64,000 bases of DNA from a bacterium (GCA_030430495.1 JAUIKM010000001.1:202447-266446), one strand, 5' to 3'; counted from the first letter of the stretch, positions 32,276 to 43,705 are shown. Program-made: numbers and translations. The notes: a model not told the origin generated them from the sequence alone.

Positions 32276-34573
32276 GTGAATAAACCACAAAAGAGACTTA
32301 TCGATCGGGCGGCATCCCTGTTTGAAGCCGATGAGCCTGCGCATCTGTGTATCGCCGCCGACGGAAGAGTATTGGAGGCGGACGACGCTGCGGTGGAAAT
32401 GCTGGGGCGGCCGCGGTCCGATCTGACCGGCCGCGTCTATCGCGATATTCTTGTCTTACTCGATCCGCAGAGCCGCAGCTACATCCAGCATATCGTCGAA
32501 GAGTGTCTGTGCGGTGCGCCCGACAACAGCTTGCGACGCGCGTGCATGCTGGCCCTCCAGAGCGGTCGCGAACTGGCTGTCCGCGTAGAGTTGCGCCTGC
32601 TGTGCGAATCCGGTGCGCGCGTGGCCTTTGTGCGACTGCGACGCATTGAGCGAATTGAAGCGGCAGCAGAGCCGCGGATTGCACGACAAATCAGTCATTA
32701 CAGCGCCTCGCTGGACCTCATGCCGGACAGCATCTGTGAACTGGATCGCAACGGAACGATCCTGTTTCACAATCATCCGCCGCTGGGGCTGCCGGCCATC
32801 GATTATCGCGGCCGCAATCTGTTTGACCTGCTCGAAGAAAATATGCGCCACATTCTGCGGCGCGCACTCGATCAGGCGCATGCCGGCGGCAAAGCCGCGC
32901 CGTTTGAAATCCGCAGCAAGGTGGACGGCCGCACGCGCTGGTGGAACGGCATTGTGATTCCGCACGAAGTCGACAGCGGCATCCGCCGGTTTGTCTGTCT
33001 GGGACGCGACGTCAGCGCCGCCCGCCAACTTCAGGAAGAACGCGAGCGGCACCTGCGCGCGCTGCAGGAACTGGACCGGCTGAGTCGCCGGATGGCGGCG
33101 ATGCAGGACGTGGACGATATCGACGACACCATTGCGGATGCGCTGCGCTCGATGCTTGACTGCGATCGCGTTTACCTGCTGGCGCTCGACCGCGACACAA
33201 TGCGCGAGGCGGACGTGGTGGCCGAATCGCGCGGCGAACAAATGGAAACGCTGACGCCGGACCGCCGACTACACCTGACTGACGCGGTGGCCGCGCGCTT
33301 CCGCCAGGTGTTTTCATCGGGTGTGACGCTGCGCTTTGATCCGGAAACCGGTCGGCAGATTCAGCACCCCGCACAGGAAGACGCGGCCGGCAGCGAGATG
33401 CCTACCTGCGTCACGGAACAGCCAAACGGCATCTGGTTTCTGGGCGCGCACAGTTCCGATGCGGCGCGTGTCTGGCGCACCTGGGAGTTCAGGCTGATTC
33501 GCAATGTGGCCGAGCGCCTTGATAATCATATTCAGCGCATGCTGCTGCTGCGCGCCCTGCGGCGCAACGAACACCGCTTTCGCGTGCTGGCGGAGATTGC
33601 GACCGATTTCTGTTTTCACGTGGTCATTGACAAAACCGGTGCGGAGAACATCCTGTGGCACACGGATGCGGTGCGGGAATTTACGGGGTTTTCAGCCGCC
33701 GAACTGGCCGCCAACGGATTGCTGAAAACGCTGTTCGGCGCGGAGAGCGAGCGCGTGGTGGAACATCTGCGCGTCGGACGTTTTCCGGAGCGTCGCGAGC
33801 GCACATGGCGGCCGGAACGCGCGCGCAAACGCCAGGTTGTCGACATGCTGCGGGCGCGCAGGCAGGACGACGGCTTTCACATTTTTGGCGCGATCCGCGA
33901 TGTCTCGGCGCACTATGCCATCCAGGAGCGGCTTCAGGCGGGAATGATTGAGCAGGAAGCAATGGTGCGGGAGATTCATCACCGCGTTAAAAACAACCTG
34001 CAAATTGTTTCCAGTTTGTTGAATATCCAGATGCGAACAATCAAAGAAGAGCATTATCGTTCGATCTTTCGCGAAAGCCGCTCCAGGATTCGCAGCATGG
34101 CTCTGATTCACGACAAACTGTACCATTCAGACAACCTTGCCCGCATCGACTTCAGCACCTATGTGCACAGCCTTGTGCGCGAACTGCGCCGCAGCTTCGG
34201 ATTGCGCGAAGGCAGCGTGGCGACCGACGTTGACATCGACCATCTTTACCTGGGTGTACAACAGGCCGTACCCTGCGGACTCGTAATCAACGAATTGGTC
34301 AACAATTCCCTGAAGTACGCGTTTCCGGAGGAGTGGCGCGGCGGCGGCCGCCAGGCGCGAATCAACATCGCCATGCGAGTCGATCCCGACGAAGCCGGCC
34401 GCACGTATCGCCTGACAATTTCCGATAACGGGGTGGGGCTGCCCGCAACGGCCACGACGACGCCCAGGCATACCGCCATCGGACTGCAATTGGTGAACAT
34501 GTTACTCAAGCAGATCGACGGCACGCTGCGTGTTGACAGACAACATGGCACATCCTGCGAGATTCGATTTTGA
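32276..34573 (+). CDS. Cytoplasmic PAS/GAF sensor histidine kinase, HisKA_2 family
   Basis: REIHHRVKNNLQIVSSLL, MALIHDKLY, NELVNNSLKYAF, SDNGVG. Confidence 0.9.
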   Translation: MNKPQKRLIDRAASLFEADEPAHLCIAADGRVLEADDAAVEMLGRPRSDLTGRVYRDILVLLDPQSRSYIQHIVEECLCGAPDNSLRRACMLALQSGRELAVRVELRLLCESGARVAFVRLRRIERIEAAAEPRIARQISHYSASLDLMPDSICELDRNGTILFHNHPPLGLPAIDYRGRNLFDLLEENMRHILRRALDQAHAGGKAAPFEIRSKVDGRTRWWNGIVIPHEVDSGIRRFVCLGRDVSAARQLQEERERHLRALQELDRLSRRMAAMQDVDDIDDTIADALRSMLDCDRVYLLALDRDTMREADVVAESRGEQMETLTPDRRLHLTDAVAARFRQVFSSGVTLRFDPETGRQIQHPAQEDAAGSEMPTCVTEQPNGIWFLGAHSSDAARVWRTWEFRLIRNVAERLDNHIQRMLLLRALRRNEHRFRVLAEIATDFCFHVVIDKTGAENILWHTDAVREFTGFSAAELAANGLLKTLFGAESERVVEHLRVGRFPERRERTWRPERARKRQVVDMLRARRQDDGFHIFGAIRDVSAHYAIQERLQAGMIEQEAMVREIHHRVKNNLQIVSSLLNIQMRTIKEEHYRSIFRESRSRIRSMALIHDKLYHSDNLARIDFSTYVHSLVRELRRSFGLREGSVATDVDIDHLYLGVQQAVPCGLVINELVNNSLKYAFPEEWRGGGRQARINIAMRVDPDEAGRTYRLTISDNGVGLPATATTTPRHTAIGLQLVNMLLKQIDGTLRVDRQHGTSCEIRF

Positions 34574-34610
34574 GTGACCATTCGCACACGGAATTCCGGA
34601 GAAGCCAGTT

Positions 34611-37600
34611 ATGCCGGACACCAGCATTCTGCTCGTAGAAGACGAAGCGATTATCGCGCACGATATCAGCGATTATCTGCGTTCGCGCGGCTTCCGCGTC
34701 AGCGGCCCGGCGGACAGCTACGGCGATGCCCTGAACCTGGCGCGGGCTGAACGGCCCGACGTAGCCTTAATCGACATCAGGCTGAAACACTCCGGCCGCG
34801 ACGGCATCGATCTTGCCGGCGCCCTGGCGCAGTACGACATACCAACCGTCTTTCTGACTTCGCATTCAGACGACAATACTCTTGAGCGCGCCCGGCAGAC
34901 GCGGCCCTACGCCTACGTCCTGAAACCCTATAACGAACGCGAACTCGAGCTGGCGCTCACAACGGCCGTGCAGCGCAGCAAAGCCGACCGGGAAGGGCGG
35001 CGTCTGCAGCAACTCATGTTTGCGGTCCTGGGCAGTGTGTCCGACGCGCTGATCGCCCTGGCGAGCGACGGCAGCATAGTGTTTTCCAACGATGCGGCCT
35101 GCGCCCGCTTCGGGCTCAATTCAGACGCCATCGCCGGTCGTCGCATCGTCGACATCATCGAGTTTGGCCCGATGGAGGGCGGCGCGCGTCGTGCGCCGGA
35201 TCCGGACTTCCTGGCGCGCAGCGCCGCCGGCTCGGAACCACAACGCGGCCTGCTGTTTTGCGGAACATCTCCGGGCGTGCCGGTCGAACTGAGCGTTAAA
35301 GCGGTTCAAAACTCGGAGCCGCTCTCCTTCATGTTGTCCATAGCGGACATCAGCGCCGAACACCAGGCCAACCTGGAACTCAAGCGTCGCAGCGCGTTTC
35401 TGCGCACGGTGGTCGACGGAATCCTTGACTCTTTGCTTGTCATCGAGGTTGATGCCGATCAGCGCCTGAAATGCTCCTACGTCAACCCGGCTTATACCGA
35501 ACTCACCGGACAGCGCGCGGACGAAATCGAAGGCGGAATGCTCGAAGATTTCATGCCCAAGCAAGACCTCGAACGACTGCGCCCCCAGGTCCTGAACCTG
35601 GTGGAAACCGGCGTCCCACGAAAATTCGAGACGGAGGTGCTGACTCCATCCGGCCCCAAACCGATGATTACCCAGCTGACGCGCGTGGAAGTACGCGACG
35701 GCATCACGACCATCGTCGCGGCGCGACGCGATATCAGCGCTCAGCGACAGGCTGAAACCACGTTGCAGTATCGCTTCAGGCTGGAACAGCTAATCTCCGC
35801 CATATCAAAGGGTTTCGTCAGCTCAGAGCTGCACATGCTCGACCGCGAAATCGTCAACGCGCTGGAAAATGTGTCGCGTTTCATGGGTTTTTCGGTCGCC
35901 GCCGTCTTCCAGCTGGACCCCGAGTCCGAGACGCTGCGCAACCAACACCGCTGGGCGGCCGAAACCGCCGGTGCCGGCGCGCTCGAGTTCGATGACGGGA
36001 TTTGTCGCGAACTCACGGCAAACATGGACAGCAACAGTCCCGTTCTCCTGCATGCCGGCGATTTGGCGGACTCCGCATTGCTCCACGCCTGGATGCGGAC
36101 ACATGACATCCAGCGTGTCCGGCTGCTGCCGCTCAAAGCCGAGCAAGGCATCTTCGGCATGCTGCTCTTTGGTGAAAACAGCCCCGACGTCAGCCTCGAC
36201 ACACATGCCAACGCCGGAATCGAAATTATTGCCGAGCTCATCGCCAATGCCGAAACGCGCCGACGCATCCACATGAACCTCCGCAAAAGCGAGGACTACC
36301 TGACTCTGGCTCAGAACGTCGCCGGCATTGGAAGCTGGGAGTACAGCCCCGGCAGCAACATCACGACCACCGGTGAAGAACTGGACAAACTTTTTGGACT
36401 GACGCGCAAAAACAAACCGCAGACATTCCGCGCCTGGCGCAAGGTCATCCACGAAGAAGACCGCAACCGCGTGGTGACCGGGATTATCAATGCCCTGCGC
36501 GACGGCAAACACTACTCCACCATGTACAGGATTGTCCGTTCCGACGGCGAGTCGCGCTGGCATCAACTGAAGGCGCGCGTTGTGCGCGACATTTTCGGCG
36601 AAAACAAACTCATCGCCGTCAACTATGACATTACCGACAGAAAAGTCAGCCGAGACAAACTCCAGGCCAGCGAGCGGCGCTACCGTCAGCTGGTTGAAGC
36701 GACGCCCGACGGCATCATCGTGCACCGCCGCAATCGCATTCTCTATTCCAATCCGTCCGCGGCCCGCATGCTGGGGGCGGACAAACCGGCCGATCTCGTG
36801 GGCATGGCCGTCATGGATTTTGTGCACCCCGACTATCGCGAGTTCGTCGCCAGACGCGTCGCCGAAGTGCAAAACAGCAGTGTTGCCGCGCCGCTGGCGG
36901 AAGAAAAACTGCTGCGGATGGACGGCACGCCCATCGACGTGGAAATTGTCGGTATTGCCGTTCGATACGATGAAGAATCGGCCACTCAGGCGATCATCCG
37001 CGATATTACCGAACGCAAACTGACGCAGCTGCGCCTGCGCGAAAGCGAGGAAAAACTGCGCCTGATGGTCGAGCACGCCAACGATACGATCTTCACGCTG
37101 CGCCCCGACTACGAAATCAGCTACATCTCGCCGGCTATCCAGAATCAGCTCGGTTTCGAGCCCGAATTTCTGATCGGTCGGCCGCTGCAACGCTGGGTGC
37201 ACGGCGAGGACATGACCGCCCTGGAAGCCGCCCTGGAGACGCTGGAAGCGCGGCCCGAAGAACGCATCGAAGTCGAATATCGCATCCGCAATGTCATGCG
37301 CGAATGGCGCTGGCACTCGACGACGCTCTCGGTTATCACCGACGGTGTCGAGTACATTCAGGGATTTGTCGGCGTGTCCAAGGACATCACGCTGCGCAAG
37401 GAAATGGAGGTGGCCCTGCGCTCCTCCGAGCAGGAAATGCGCAATGTGTTTGAGCATGCCCATGACGCCATCCTGATTCTCGATGAACAGGGCGAGTCGA
37501 TCCTGGATGTCAACGAACGCGCCTGCGAGCTCTACGGCTATACGCGCCGCACATTCAAACTCATGACCCCGGCAGGCCTCGTCGCCGCCTCCGGCGGCGG

Positions 37601-38996
37601 CGACGAGTATTTCAGCGCCACCGTGGCCGGCAAGTCTTTCAACTCCTGCGTCACGACGCACCTGCGAGCCGACGGCGCGGAAGTTGTGCTCGAAGTGCAC
37701 TCGTCCATGATCAGCTTCAGAGGGCGGCCCGCCGTGCTCTGCTCGCTGCGCGACATCACCGAGCGAATGGCGGCCCAGGAGGAAATCCGCAAACTCTCGC
37801 TCGTGGCCAGCAACACCAGCAACGGGGTTGTGATCGCCGGCAGGGAAGGTCGCGTCGAATGGGTCAACGAGGGTTTTACGCGCATCAGCGGCTACCGCCT
37901 GGACGACGTCATCGGTCGTCACCTCGGCGACCTGAAGGCGGGCGCCGCCACCGATCCCGCGGTGCTCACCGACATCGCCGCGGCCGTCAGGCAGGGACGT
38001 CCGTTCGATGCTGAAATCCTGAACTACAATGCCGACGGCGGCACGTATTGGGCGCAGCTCCAGATTGCGCCGATGGAAGGCGTCGAAGATACCGGCGGCG
38101 GCAACTTTGTGGTCGTTCTCACCGACATCACGGACCTCAAACACCACGAAGCCGAGTTGAAAGCCGCCAAACGCGAGCTGGAAGCGTCCAACCAGATACT
38201 CGAAATTCGCGTGGCCGAGCGCACGAACGATCTGCACATGGCCATGCGCAAACTCAGCGAAGCACTCGAAAAGGAAAAACTGCTCAACGACCTCAAATCG
38301 CGCTTCGTCAGCATGGTGTCTCACGAATTTCGCACGCCGCTCTCCAGCATTCTGGGCAGCGCCGAACTGCTCGATCGTTATCTGCTGCGCCTCGACGACA
38401 AAAGCCGCAAGGATCGTTTTCAGCAGATTTATATCGCCGTGGATCGCATGACCGAGATTCTCGACCAGGTCGTTTCGCTGAGCCAGTCGGAAGCTCTGTC
38501 GCAGTCGTTTGAGCCGCGGTCGGTTCCCATGCAGCGCTTTGTGCAGTCCACCGTCCAGCAGTTCAGGTCCGAGCACGCGCCGGAGCGCCGGATCGATTTT
38601 GTACTTTCGGGCGGCGCTACCGATACCGACGAGGCCCAGGTGGACGTCAAACTGCTCGAACCTGCGCTCATCGGCGTGCTGAAAAATGCCGTGCAGTATT
38701 CTCCGCCCGAAACTCGCGTTCTCGTCAGCCTCTACCTGGAGCGCGACGACGTCATTATCCGCGTTTCCGACAGCGGCGTCGGCATTCCGCAGGACGAGGT
38801 CAATCTGATTTTTGAGCCTTTTCACCGCGCGGCCAATGTGGAAATTGTTCCCGGCACCGGACTTGGGCTGGTTTTTGTCAAGCAGTGCGTTGAGCGCCAC
38901 GGCGGCGAAATCACCGTCGAAAGTTCGCTCGGGCAGGGTACCACGATCATTCTGAAACTGCCGCGCCACCTGGCCGAATTGCGCCACTCACCCTGA
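34611..38996 (+). CDS. Hybrid kinase: N-terminal receiver, multiple PAS domains, GAF, HisKA/HATPase
   Basis: ILLVEDEAIIA, LIDIRL, YVLKPY; repeated RDITERK PAS ends; SHEFRTPL, SDSGVGIP, GTGLGL. Confidence 0.93.
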   Translation: MPDTSILLVEDEAIIAHDISDYLRSRGFRVSGPADSYGDALNLARAERPDVALIDIRLKHSGRDGIDLAGALAQYDIPTVFLTSHSDDNTLERARQTRPYAYVLKPYNERELELALTTAVQRSKADREGRRLQQLMFAVLGSVSDALIALASDGSIVFSNDAACARFGLNSDAIAGRRIVDIIEFGPMEGGARRAPDPDFLARSAAGSEPQRGLLFCGTSPGVPVELSVKAVQNSEPLSFMLSIADISAEHQANLELKRRSAFLRTVVDGILDSLLVIEVDADQRLKCSYVNPAYTELTGQRADEIEGGMLEDFMPKQDLERLRPQVLNLVETGVPRKFETEVLTPSGPKPMITQLTRVEVRDGITTIVAARRDISAQRQAETTLQYRFRLEQLISAISKGFVSSELHMLDREIVNALENVSRFMGFSVAAVFQLDPESETLRNQHRWAAETAGAGALEFDDGICRELTANMDSNSPVLLHAGDLADSALLHAWMRTHDIQRVRLLPLKAEQGIFGMLLFGENSPDVSLDTHANAGIEIIAELIANAETRRRIHMNLRKSEDYLTLAQNVAGIGSWEYSPGSNITTTGEELDKLFGLTRKNKPQTFRAWRKVIHEEDRNRVVTGIINALRDGKHYSTMYRIVRSDGESRWHQLKARVVRDIFGENKLIAVNYDITDRKVSRDKLQASERRYRQLVEATPDGIIVHRRNRILYSNPSAARMLGADKPADLVGMAVMDFVHPDYREFVARRVAEVQNSSVAAPLAEEKLLRMDGTPIDVEIVGIAVRYDEESATQAIIRDITERKLTQLRLRESEEKLRLMVEHANDTIFTLRPDYEISYISPAIQNQLGFEPEFLIGRPLQRWVHGEDMTALEAALETLEARPEERIEVEYRIRNVMREWRWHSTTLSVITDGVEYIQGFVGVSKDITLRKEMEVALRSSEQEMRNVFEHAHDAILILDEQGESILDVNERACELYGYTRRTFKLMTPAGLVAASGGGDEYFSATVAGKSFNSCVTTHLRADGAEVVLEVHSSMISFRGRPAVLCSLRDITERMAAQEEIRKLSLVASNTSNGVVIAGREGRVEWVNEGFTRISGYRLDDVIGRHLGDLKAGAATDPAVLTDIAAAVRQGRPFDAEILNYNADGGTYWAQLQIAPMEGVEDTGGGNFVVVLTDITDLKHHEAELKAAKRELEASNQILEIRVAERTNDLHMAMRKLSEALEKEKLLNDLKSRFVSMVSHEFRTPLSSILGSAELLDRYLLRLDDKSRKDRFQQIYIAVDRMTEILDQVVSLSQSEALSQSFEPRSVPMQRFVQSTVQQFRSEHAPERRIDFVLSGGATDTDEAQVDVKLLEPALIGVLKNAVQYSPPETRVLVSLYLERDDVIIRVSDSGVGIPQDEVNLIFEPFHRAANVEIVPGTGLGLVFVKQCVERHGGEITVESSLGQGTTIILKLPRHLAELRHSP

Positions 38997-39740
38997 TTTT
39001 TTATGAATTCTCTTGTTAGTCGCGCGGTGATCGGGACTGTGTCGCCGCGCTGTTTCGGGTAGTACCGCCGCAAACGCTTAACACACTGTTGGACCTCGTT
39101 CATCCGCCGCTGGTGACCGTTCACACCGATTGTACTTGACAACGAGCGCACAATTTTGTAAATCAGAAGCCGCAAAACACAGGTCTCCACCGCACGTGGC
39201 CCGCTTGAAATCCTGATGGCGAACGACGCAGCGCAACACCCGGCGTGACCTGCGCATCGGTGGACCTCTAACATACATCTCAGCCTGGAACCCACGTTAT
39301 GTTGCATACATCAAACCAACAAAGCCTTGACGGCGAATCGAACGTCCGCAGGATCATCAGTCCAAATTCCGACCAGAATCACATCATAACCTCTATACGC
39401 GGCCGCCGCAGTACCGGCTTTCTGTTGACAAGGCGCAATGCCGACGGTTTGCTGACTACGAACTATCACCTGCGTGACGAACAAGGAAATGTCAGGAAAG
39501 GGCGCGTGGATCAGCAGGCGTCGGACGTAACGTCACCGCCACGCCAATCCGGATCAGATCCCGCGGGGGGAATGAACAGGCAAGAATTTTCGTAACTTGA
39601 TCTCGGTACAGATTCTTTGCGATTGAGTCGTGGCGACAGTGCGGAGTAACAGTCGTATCCGCGTTGCCGTTGTGTGTTTTGATTCCCTGGCTCGATTTTT
39701 GAGCAGTTGCAGCTTTTCGACCGAAGCGGTACATACCTGA

Positions 39741-41639
39741 ATGCGGGACAACGGGCACTACCTGACTGTGGATTCGGCTCTTGCGCGGGCCGAAGTGTTG
39801 CTTGCATCGGAGGACCTTGCGTCCGCCGAGAACATGGCGGCGCACGCCCTGCGTTCACACACCGCGGCATCACCCGCCACCGAAGACCGCATATCCCACG
39901 TGCGCACTCAGGCTCGCATCCTGCTGGTTATCAGCCGTTGTCGACGTCGCAACGACTACAAGGCCGGCTTTGATCTGATGCGCGACATTTGCAATCTCTA
40001 CACATCAATCGGTCGCCGCGATGAAGCGGTCGAAGTCCTCAGGTCCGAGGCGCAACTCATTGAAAAATTTGGTGATACGGAGATTGTCTCCAGTTATTAC
40101 GCTCTGCTTCTGCAGATTCTGACCGAGCTGGACGACCGCGAGACGCTCACTCGAATTCATCTGAAAGCCGGTAATTTTGTCTTTAACCGCGGGCGGTATC
40201 CCGAGTCACGCGCGCACTACGTAGCGGCCCTGAAACTGGCGCGCGACAACCAGTTCGTCCGTCTGGAAGCCGACGCCCACCTCAACATGGGCAACGTTCA
40301 TTGGGCCGGCGGCGATTACGACGAGGCCCTCCAATGTTATCTGCAGGCGGAAGAACACTACAGTCGAATCGGCGAAATACGCGCCCGCGGCGATGTGTAT
40401 AACAATGTCGGTGCGATCTACCTTTACCAGGGCGAATACGCGCTTGTCCTCGAATATTTCCTCAAGGCCCTCAACATCCGCCAGGAAGCGGGCGACTGGA
40501 AACGCGTCGCCGGCTCGCTGCTGAACATCGGCAACGTGTATTTTCACCTGGGGCACGAGGCTTCCGCTTTTGAATACTACCTGCAGAGTAAAAATCTCTA
40601 CGAACGGCACGACGACCGTCCCGGTCTGGCCGAGTTGCTGGTCAATATCGGGGCGGTGTACGAACGCACCAATAACCGCGATCTGGCGCTGCAAGCTTAT
40701 CGCAAAAGCGTTGAACTGCGCAGGGAATGCGGACTGGAAGCGCTGCTGGCCACAACACTGATCAATATTGCCATTGTTCACATGAACAGCGGCGACTACC
40801 AAAGCGCCGTGGAGCACGCGCAGCAGGCGCTGGCGAAAGCGCGGGAGAACAATGATCTGCGCGTGCAGAGCTACGCCATCCATTGCATCGGCGAAGCCAA
40901 AATGAAAAGCGGCGAGCGCCGCGCCGCGCGCGAGCATCTGGAACAGGCGCTCGAAATCCGGCGGCGGCTGGGATACCGCTCCGGCGAGGCCGAAACGCTG
41001 AATGCCATCGCCGAACTGGAAATGATCGAAGACGATCCGGAATCCGCGCTGTCAACAATAGATGAGGCGCTTCTGACCGCGCGCGAGCTGCACGAAAAAC
41101 CGCGCGAACTGGAGCTCCTGCTCAAATCCGCGCGCTGCCGCGAGCAATGCGGCCGGCTGCGCGAAGCTCTGGACGATCACCACAAAGCCAATGAATTGCG
41201 AACGCAGATCGAACGCGACAAAAACAGTCAGCTGCTCACAAACCTGCAGGTGGCGCATCAGATGGAAGACATGCGGCGCAACAAAGACGGCGCTCACCGG
41301 CGCGTGCAGGAGCTGGAACAGGAGATCGGCGCGCTGGAGACACAACGGCGTGCATTGGAAGCGCGCGAGCGGGACCGCAGCGAGTCCTTGCGCGTCATCT
41401 CACACGACCTGCGCAAGTCGCTCAAGAACATCAGCGACGCGCTGCGCCGCCAACCGGAGTCCGTGGAAACCGGCCGAACGACGGCGGCGGGAAAGGACAA
41501 TCGCCATCTGGCCGAGTCGATTCGGCAGACGGGCAAGGTGGTGGCCGGACTGGAAGAACTGTTGATTCCGCCTGTCGCAACCGGCGACAATGGCCTGGAT
41601 GAAAGCGACCGAATTGACACAAAACAAAAAAAGTCTTAA
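39741..41639 (+). CDS. Tetratricopeptide-repeat protein with C-terminal coiled coil and truncated HisKA-like segment
   Basis: Repeated NMG/NVG/NIG..Y..GDY..AL TPR units; SHDLRKSL near the C-terminus; no HATPase domain. Confidence 0.85.
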   Translation: MRDNGHYLTVDSALARAEVLLASEDLASAENMAAHALRSHTAASPATEDRISHVRTQARILLVISRCRRRNDYKAGFDLMRDICNLYTSIGRRDEAVEVLRSEAQLIEKFGDTEIVSSYYALLLQILTELDDRETLTRIHLKAGNFVFNRGRYPESRAHYVAALKLARDNQFVRLEADAHLNMGNVHWAGGDYDEALQCYLQAEEHYSRIGEIRARGDVYNNVGAIYLYQGEYALVLEYFLKALNIRQEAGDWKRVAGSLLNIGNVYFHLGHEASAFEYYLQSKNLYERHDDRPGLAELLVNIGAVYERTNNRDLALQAYRKSVELRRECGLEALLATTLINIAIVHMNSGDYQSAVEHAQQALAKARENNDLRVQSYAIHCIGEAKMKSGERRAAREHLEQALEIRRRLGYRSGEAETLNAIAELEMIEDDPESALSTIDEALLTARELHEKPRELELLLKSARCREQCGRLREALDDHHKANELRTQIERDKNSQLLTNLQVAHQMEDMRRNKDGAHRRVQELEQEIGALETQRRALEARERDRSESLRVISHDLRKSLKNISDALRRQPESVETGRTTAAGKDNRHLAESIRQTGKVVAGLEELLIPPVATGDNGLDESDRIDTKQKKS

Positions 41640-41772
41640 TATCGCCGCGTTTTGACCGTCCTCGCGGTATAGCTTTTTGCTGTCGCCGTGTAACTGACGC
41701 GGTCGAATTCCTATCCCGGCATCAACGATTTTGATTTGATAACTGTAACACAAAACCTCAGTTGGAGGAAGA

Positions 41773-42396
41773 ATGCGTAAACTCATCATTTTGGCATTGG
41801 CGATGACGCTGGCTCTGCCCGCTGCGTTCAATGCACAAACCTCGGGTAAATCGAAGAATATGCTCACAGCTCTGATCAAGACAACTGCCGGCGATATCAA
41901 GCTGGAATTGTACGGCAAGGAAACGCCGCTTACCGTAGCGAATTTTGTCAACCTGGCGCGCCGCGGATACTACGACGGCATCGTTTTCCATCGCGTTATC
42001 GCCAACTTCATGATCCAGGGCGGCGACCCGACGGGCACCGGCAGCGGCGGCCCCGGTTATCGTTTTGAAGATGAATTTGTGCCGCAGCTGCGTCACAACA
42101 GCGCCGGCATCCTGTCCATGGCCAATGCGGGCCCGGGCACAAACGGCAGCCAGTTTTTCATTACACACCTGCCCACGCCGCACCTTGACGATCATCATAC
42201 GGTCTTCGGCAAAGTTGTGGATGAAGCGAGCCAGGACGCGGTCAACGCCGTTCGCCAGGGCGCTAAAATCGTTTCGGTGACGATTGAAGGCGATGTTCCG
42301 GCCGAAGTCAAAGCAGTTCAAAAACGCGTTGACGAGTGGAACAAAGTCCTCGATCAGAAATTCCCGGACAAACTGAAGCCGGCGACGCCGCTCTGA
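41773..42396 (+). CDS. Cyclophilin-type peptidyl-prolyl isomerase, secreted
   Basis: Signal peptide; [47 protein letters not shown]. Confidence 0.95.
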   Translation: MRKLIILALAMTLALPAAFNAQTSGKSKNMLTALIKTTAGDIKLELYGKETPLTVANFVNLARRGYYDGIVFHRVIANFMIQGGDPTGTGSGGPGYRFEDEFVPQLRHNSAGILSMANAGPGTNGSQFFITHLPTPHLDDHHTVFGKVVDEASQDAVNAVRQGAKIVSVTIEGDVPAEVKAVQKRVDEWNKVLDQKFPDKLKPATPL

Positions 42397-42435
42397 TAGT
42401 TTGAGTCGCGGGTGCTGTAGATACCCGCACCAGTC

Positions 42436-42483
42436 AAAACAACAAAGTCCCGCAGCATTGAAGCTGCGGGACTTTGTTGTTTT
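42436..42483. terminator. Bidirectional intrinsic terminator
   Basis: aaaacaacaaagtcccgcagc...gctgcgggactttgttgtttt. Confidence 0.88.
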
Positions 42484-42595
42484 AACCCATTTCGATTTTC
42501 CATCGTGCTTGATCACACCCTTGTTCTCTTGCATCATCCTGTTTTACTCTTTCAGGCCACGAATACCGCAGGGGAGTTCAGCGGGCTGCCGCGCA

Positions 42596-43705
42596 TCAGC
42601 CGCGGTCGCGTCCGTGACCGTGGCGGCGGACCGGACGATCGTCGCAGGGCCATTCACCGGTTTCCTGCCAGGAGTTCCAGATTTCAAGCTGCTCGTCGGT
42701 CAGGATGCTTTCGATGTCCGCCAGCAGAGCGTCGCGGGCGGCGGCGATTGCGTCGGCCAGTTCCTGGCGAGCGGCGGCCAGCGCTTCTTCATCAATTTCA
42801 GCGCCGCGCAGCTTGGCGAGCAGGTCGTGCAGTTCCGCTTTCAGCTCGCGCGCTTCGGCATTGTTGTCCGCCTGGGCGTCGCTGATAGCCTGGCGAATTT
42901 CGCGCAGCTGGGCGTTGAGTTCTTCGATGTCGGCGCCGGTACTTTGGCGCAGGGCGGCCAGCAGGTCGTGGTACTCTTCGCGTGTAATGTCGCCGTTGCG
43001 CAGTTGCATTTGCAGATCGCGCGCCTGTGACTGCATTTCGCGTTTCAGTTCGTTGATCTCAGTGATCAGTTCGGACATTTGTTCGCGGTACTCCGCGGCA
43101 ATCTCGTCGTTGGCCGCTTTGATTTCCTCCAGGCGCTCGCGGATTTCTTCCATGCGCGCCTGCTCTTCTTCGGTCAGTTCGGAGGCATCGGTTTTTAAGC
43201 CACGGACGGTTTCCTGATAAGAAGCGTATGCTTCGTGCACAGCTTCGCGGTACGTTGCCAGGAATCCGGCAATCGTTTCTTTCTGCGTGTCATCGATGTC
43301 GAGGCAGGGGAAGGGAATAGCCGCGAAGCGCATGGCCACATCGCCGCCTTTTCCGCGGTCATTGTCTTTTCCGCGGTCATTGCCTTTTCCGCGGTCATTG
43401 TCTTTTCCGCGTCCACGATCGTCGCCGTTGCCGTCGCGATCGCGCTCATCGCCGTCGTAGCCGATTCCGCCGCCGCCGAAGCCAAGCGGCAGGTCGTCGG
43501 CGACTTCACCGATCAGTTCATCGAGCGAGATGTCCTGGAGGTCGTTTTGTTGAACTACAATTCCAGAAGCTTCGTCGCCGCTCATCAGATTGGAGCTGTC
43601 GTCGCAGGCGGTCGTAAACATGACGCCGCCGCCCAGGAAAGCAATCAGCATCAGCCGAATGCCGGTCCGTGTTCCACGTTTCGTTCTCATAATATGCTGG
43701 TCCAT
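42596..43705 (-). CDS. Coiled-coil lipoprotein, possibly Spy/CpxP-like (start may be 43690)
   Basis: Lipobox TTAC-DD; DNDRGK repeats (18-bp units at 43349-43411); long acidic helices ending ILTDEQ. Confidence 0.75.
   Translation of the reverse strand: MDQHIMRTKRGTRTGIRLMLIAFLGGGVMFTTACDDSSNLMSGDEASGIVVQQNDLQDISLDELIGEVADDLPLGFGGGGIGYDGDERDRDGNGDDRGRGKDNDRGKGNDRGKDNDRGKGGDVAMRFAAIPFPCLDIDDTQKETIAGFLATYREAVHEAYASYQETVRGLKTDASELTEEEQARMEEIRERLEEIKAANDEIAAEYREQMSELITEINELKREMQSQARDLQMQLRNGDITREEYHDLLAALRQSTGADIEELNAQLREIRQAISDAQADNNAEARELKAELHDLLAKLRGAEIDEEALAAARQELADAIAAARDALLADIESILTDEQLEIWNSWQETGEWPCDDRPVRRHGHGRDRG

Noticed and set aside
35823..38987. 1054-aa minus-strand ORF
   Set aside because: Exact antisense of the hybrid kinase; no domain motifs.
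39299..39595. 98-aa ORF upstream of the TPR gene
   Set aside because: No motif, weak start, atypical composition.
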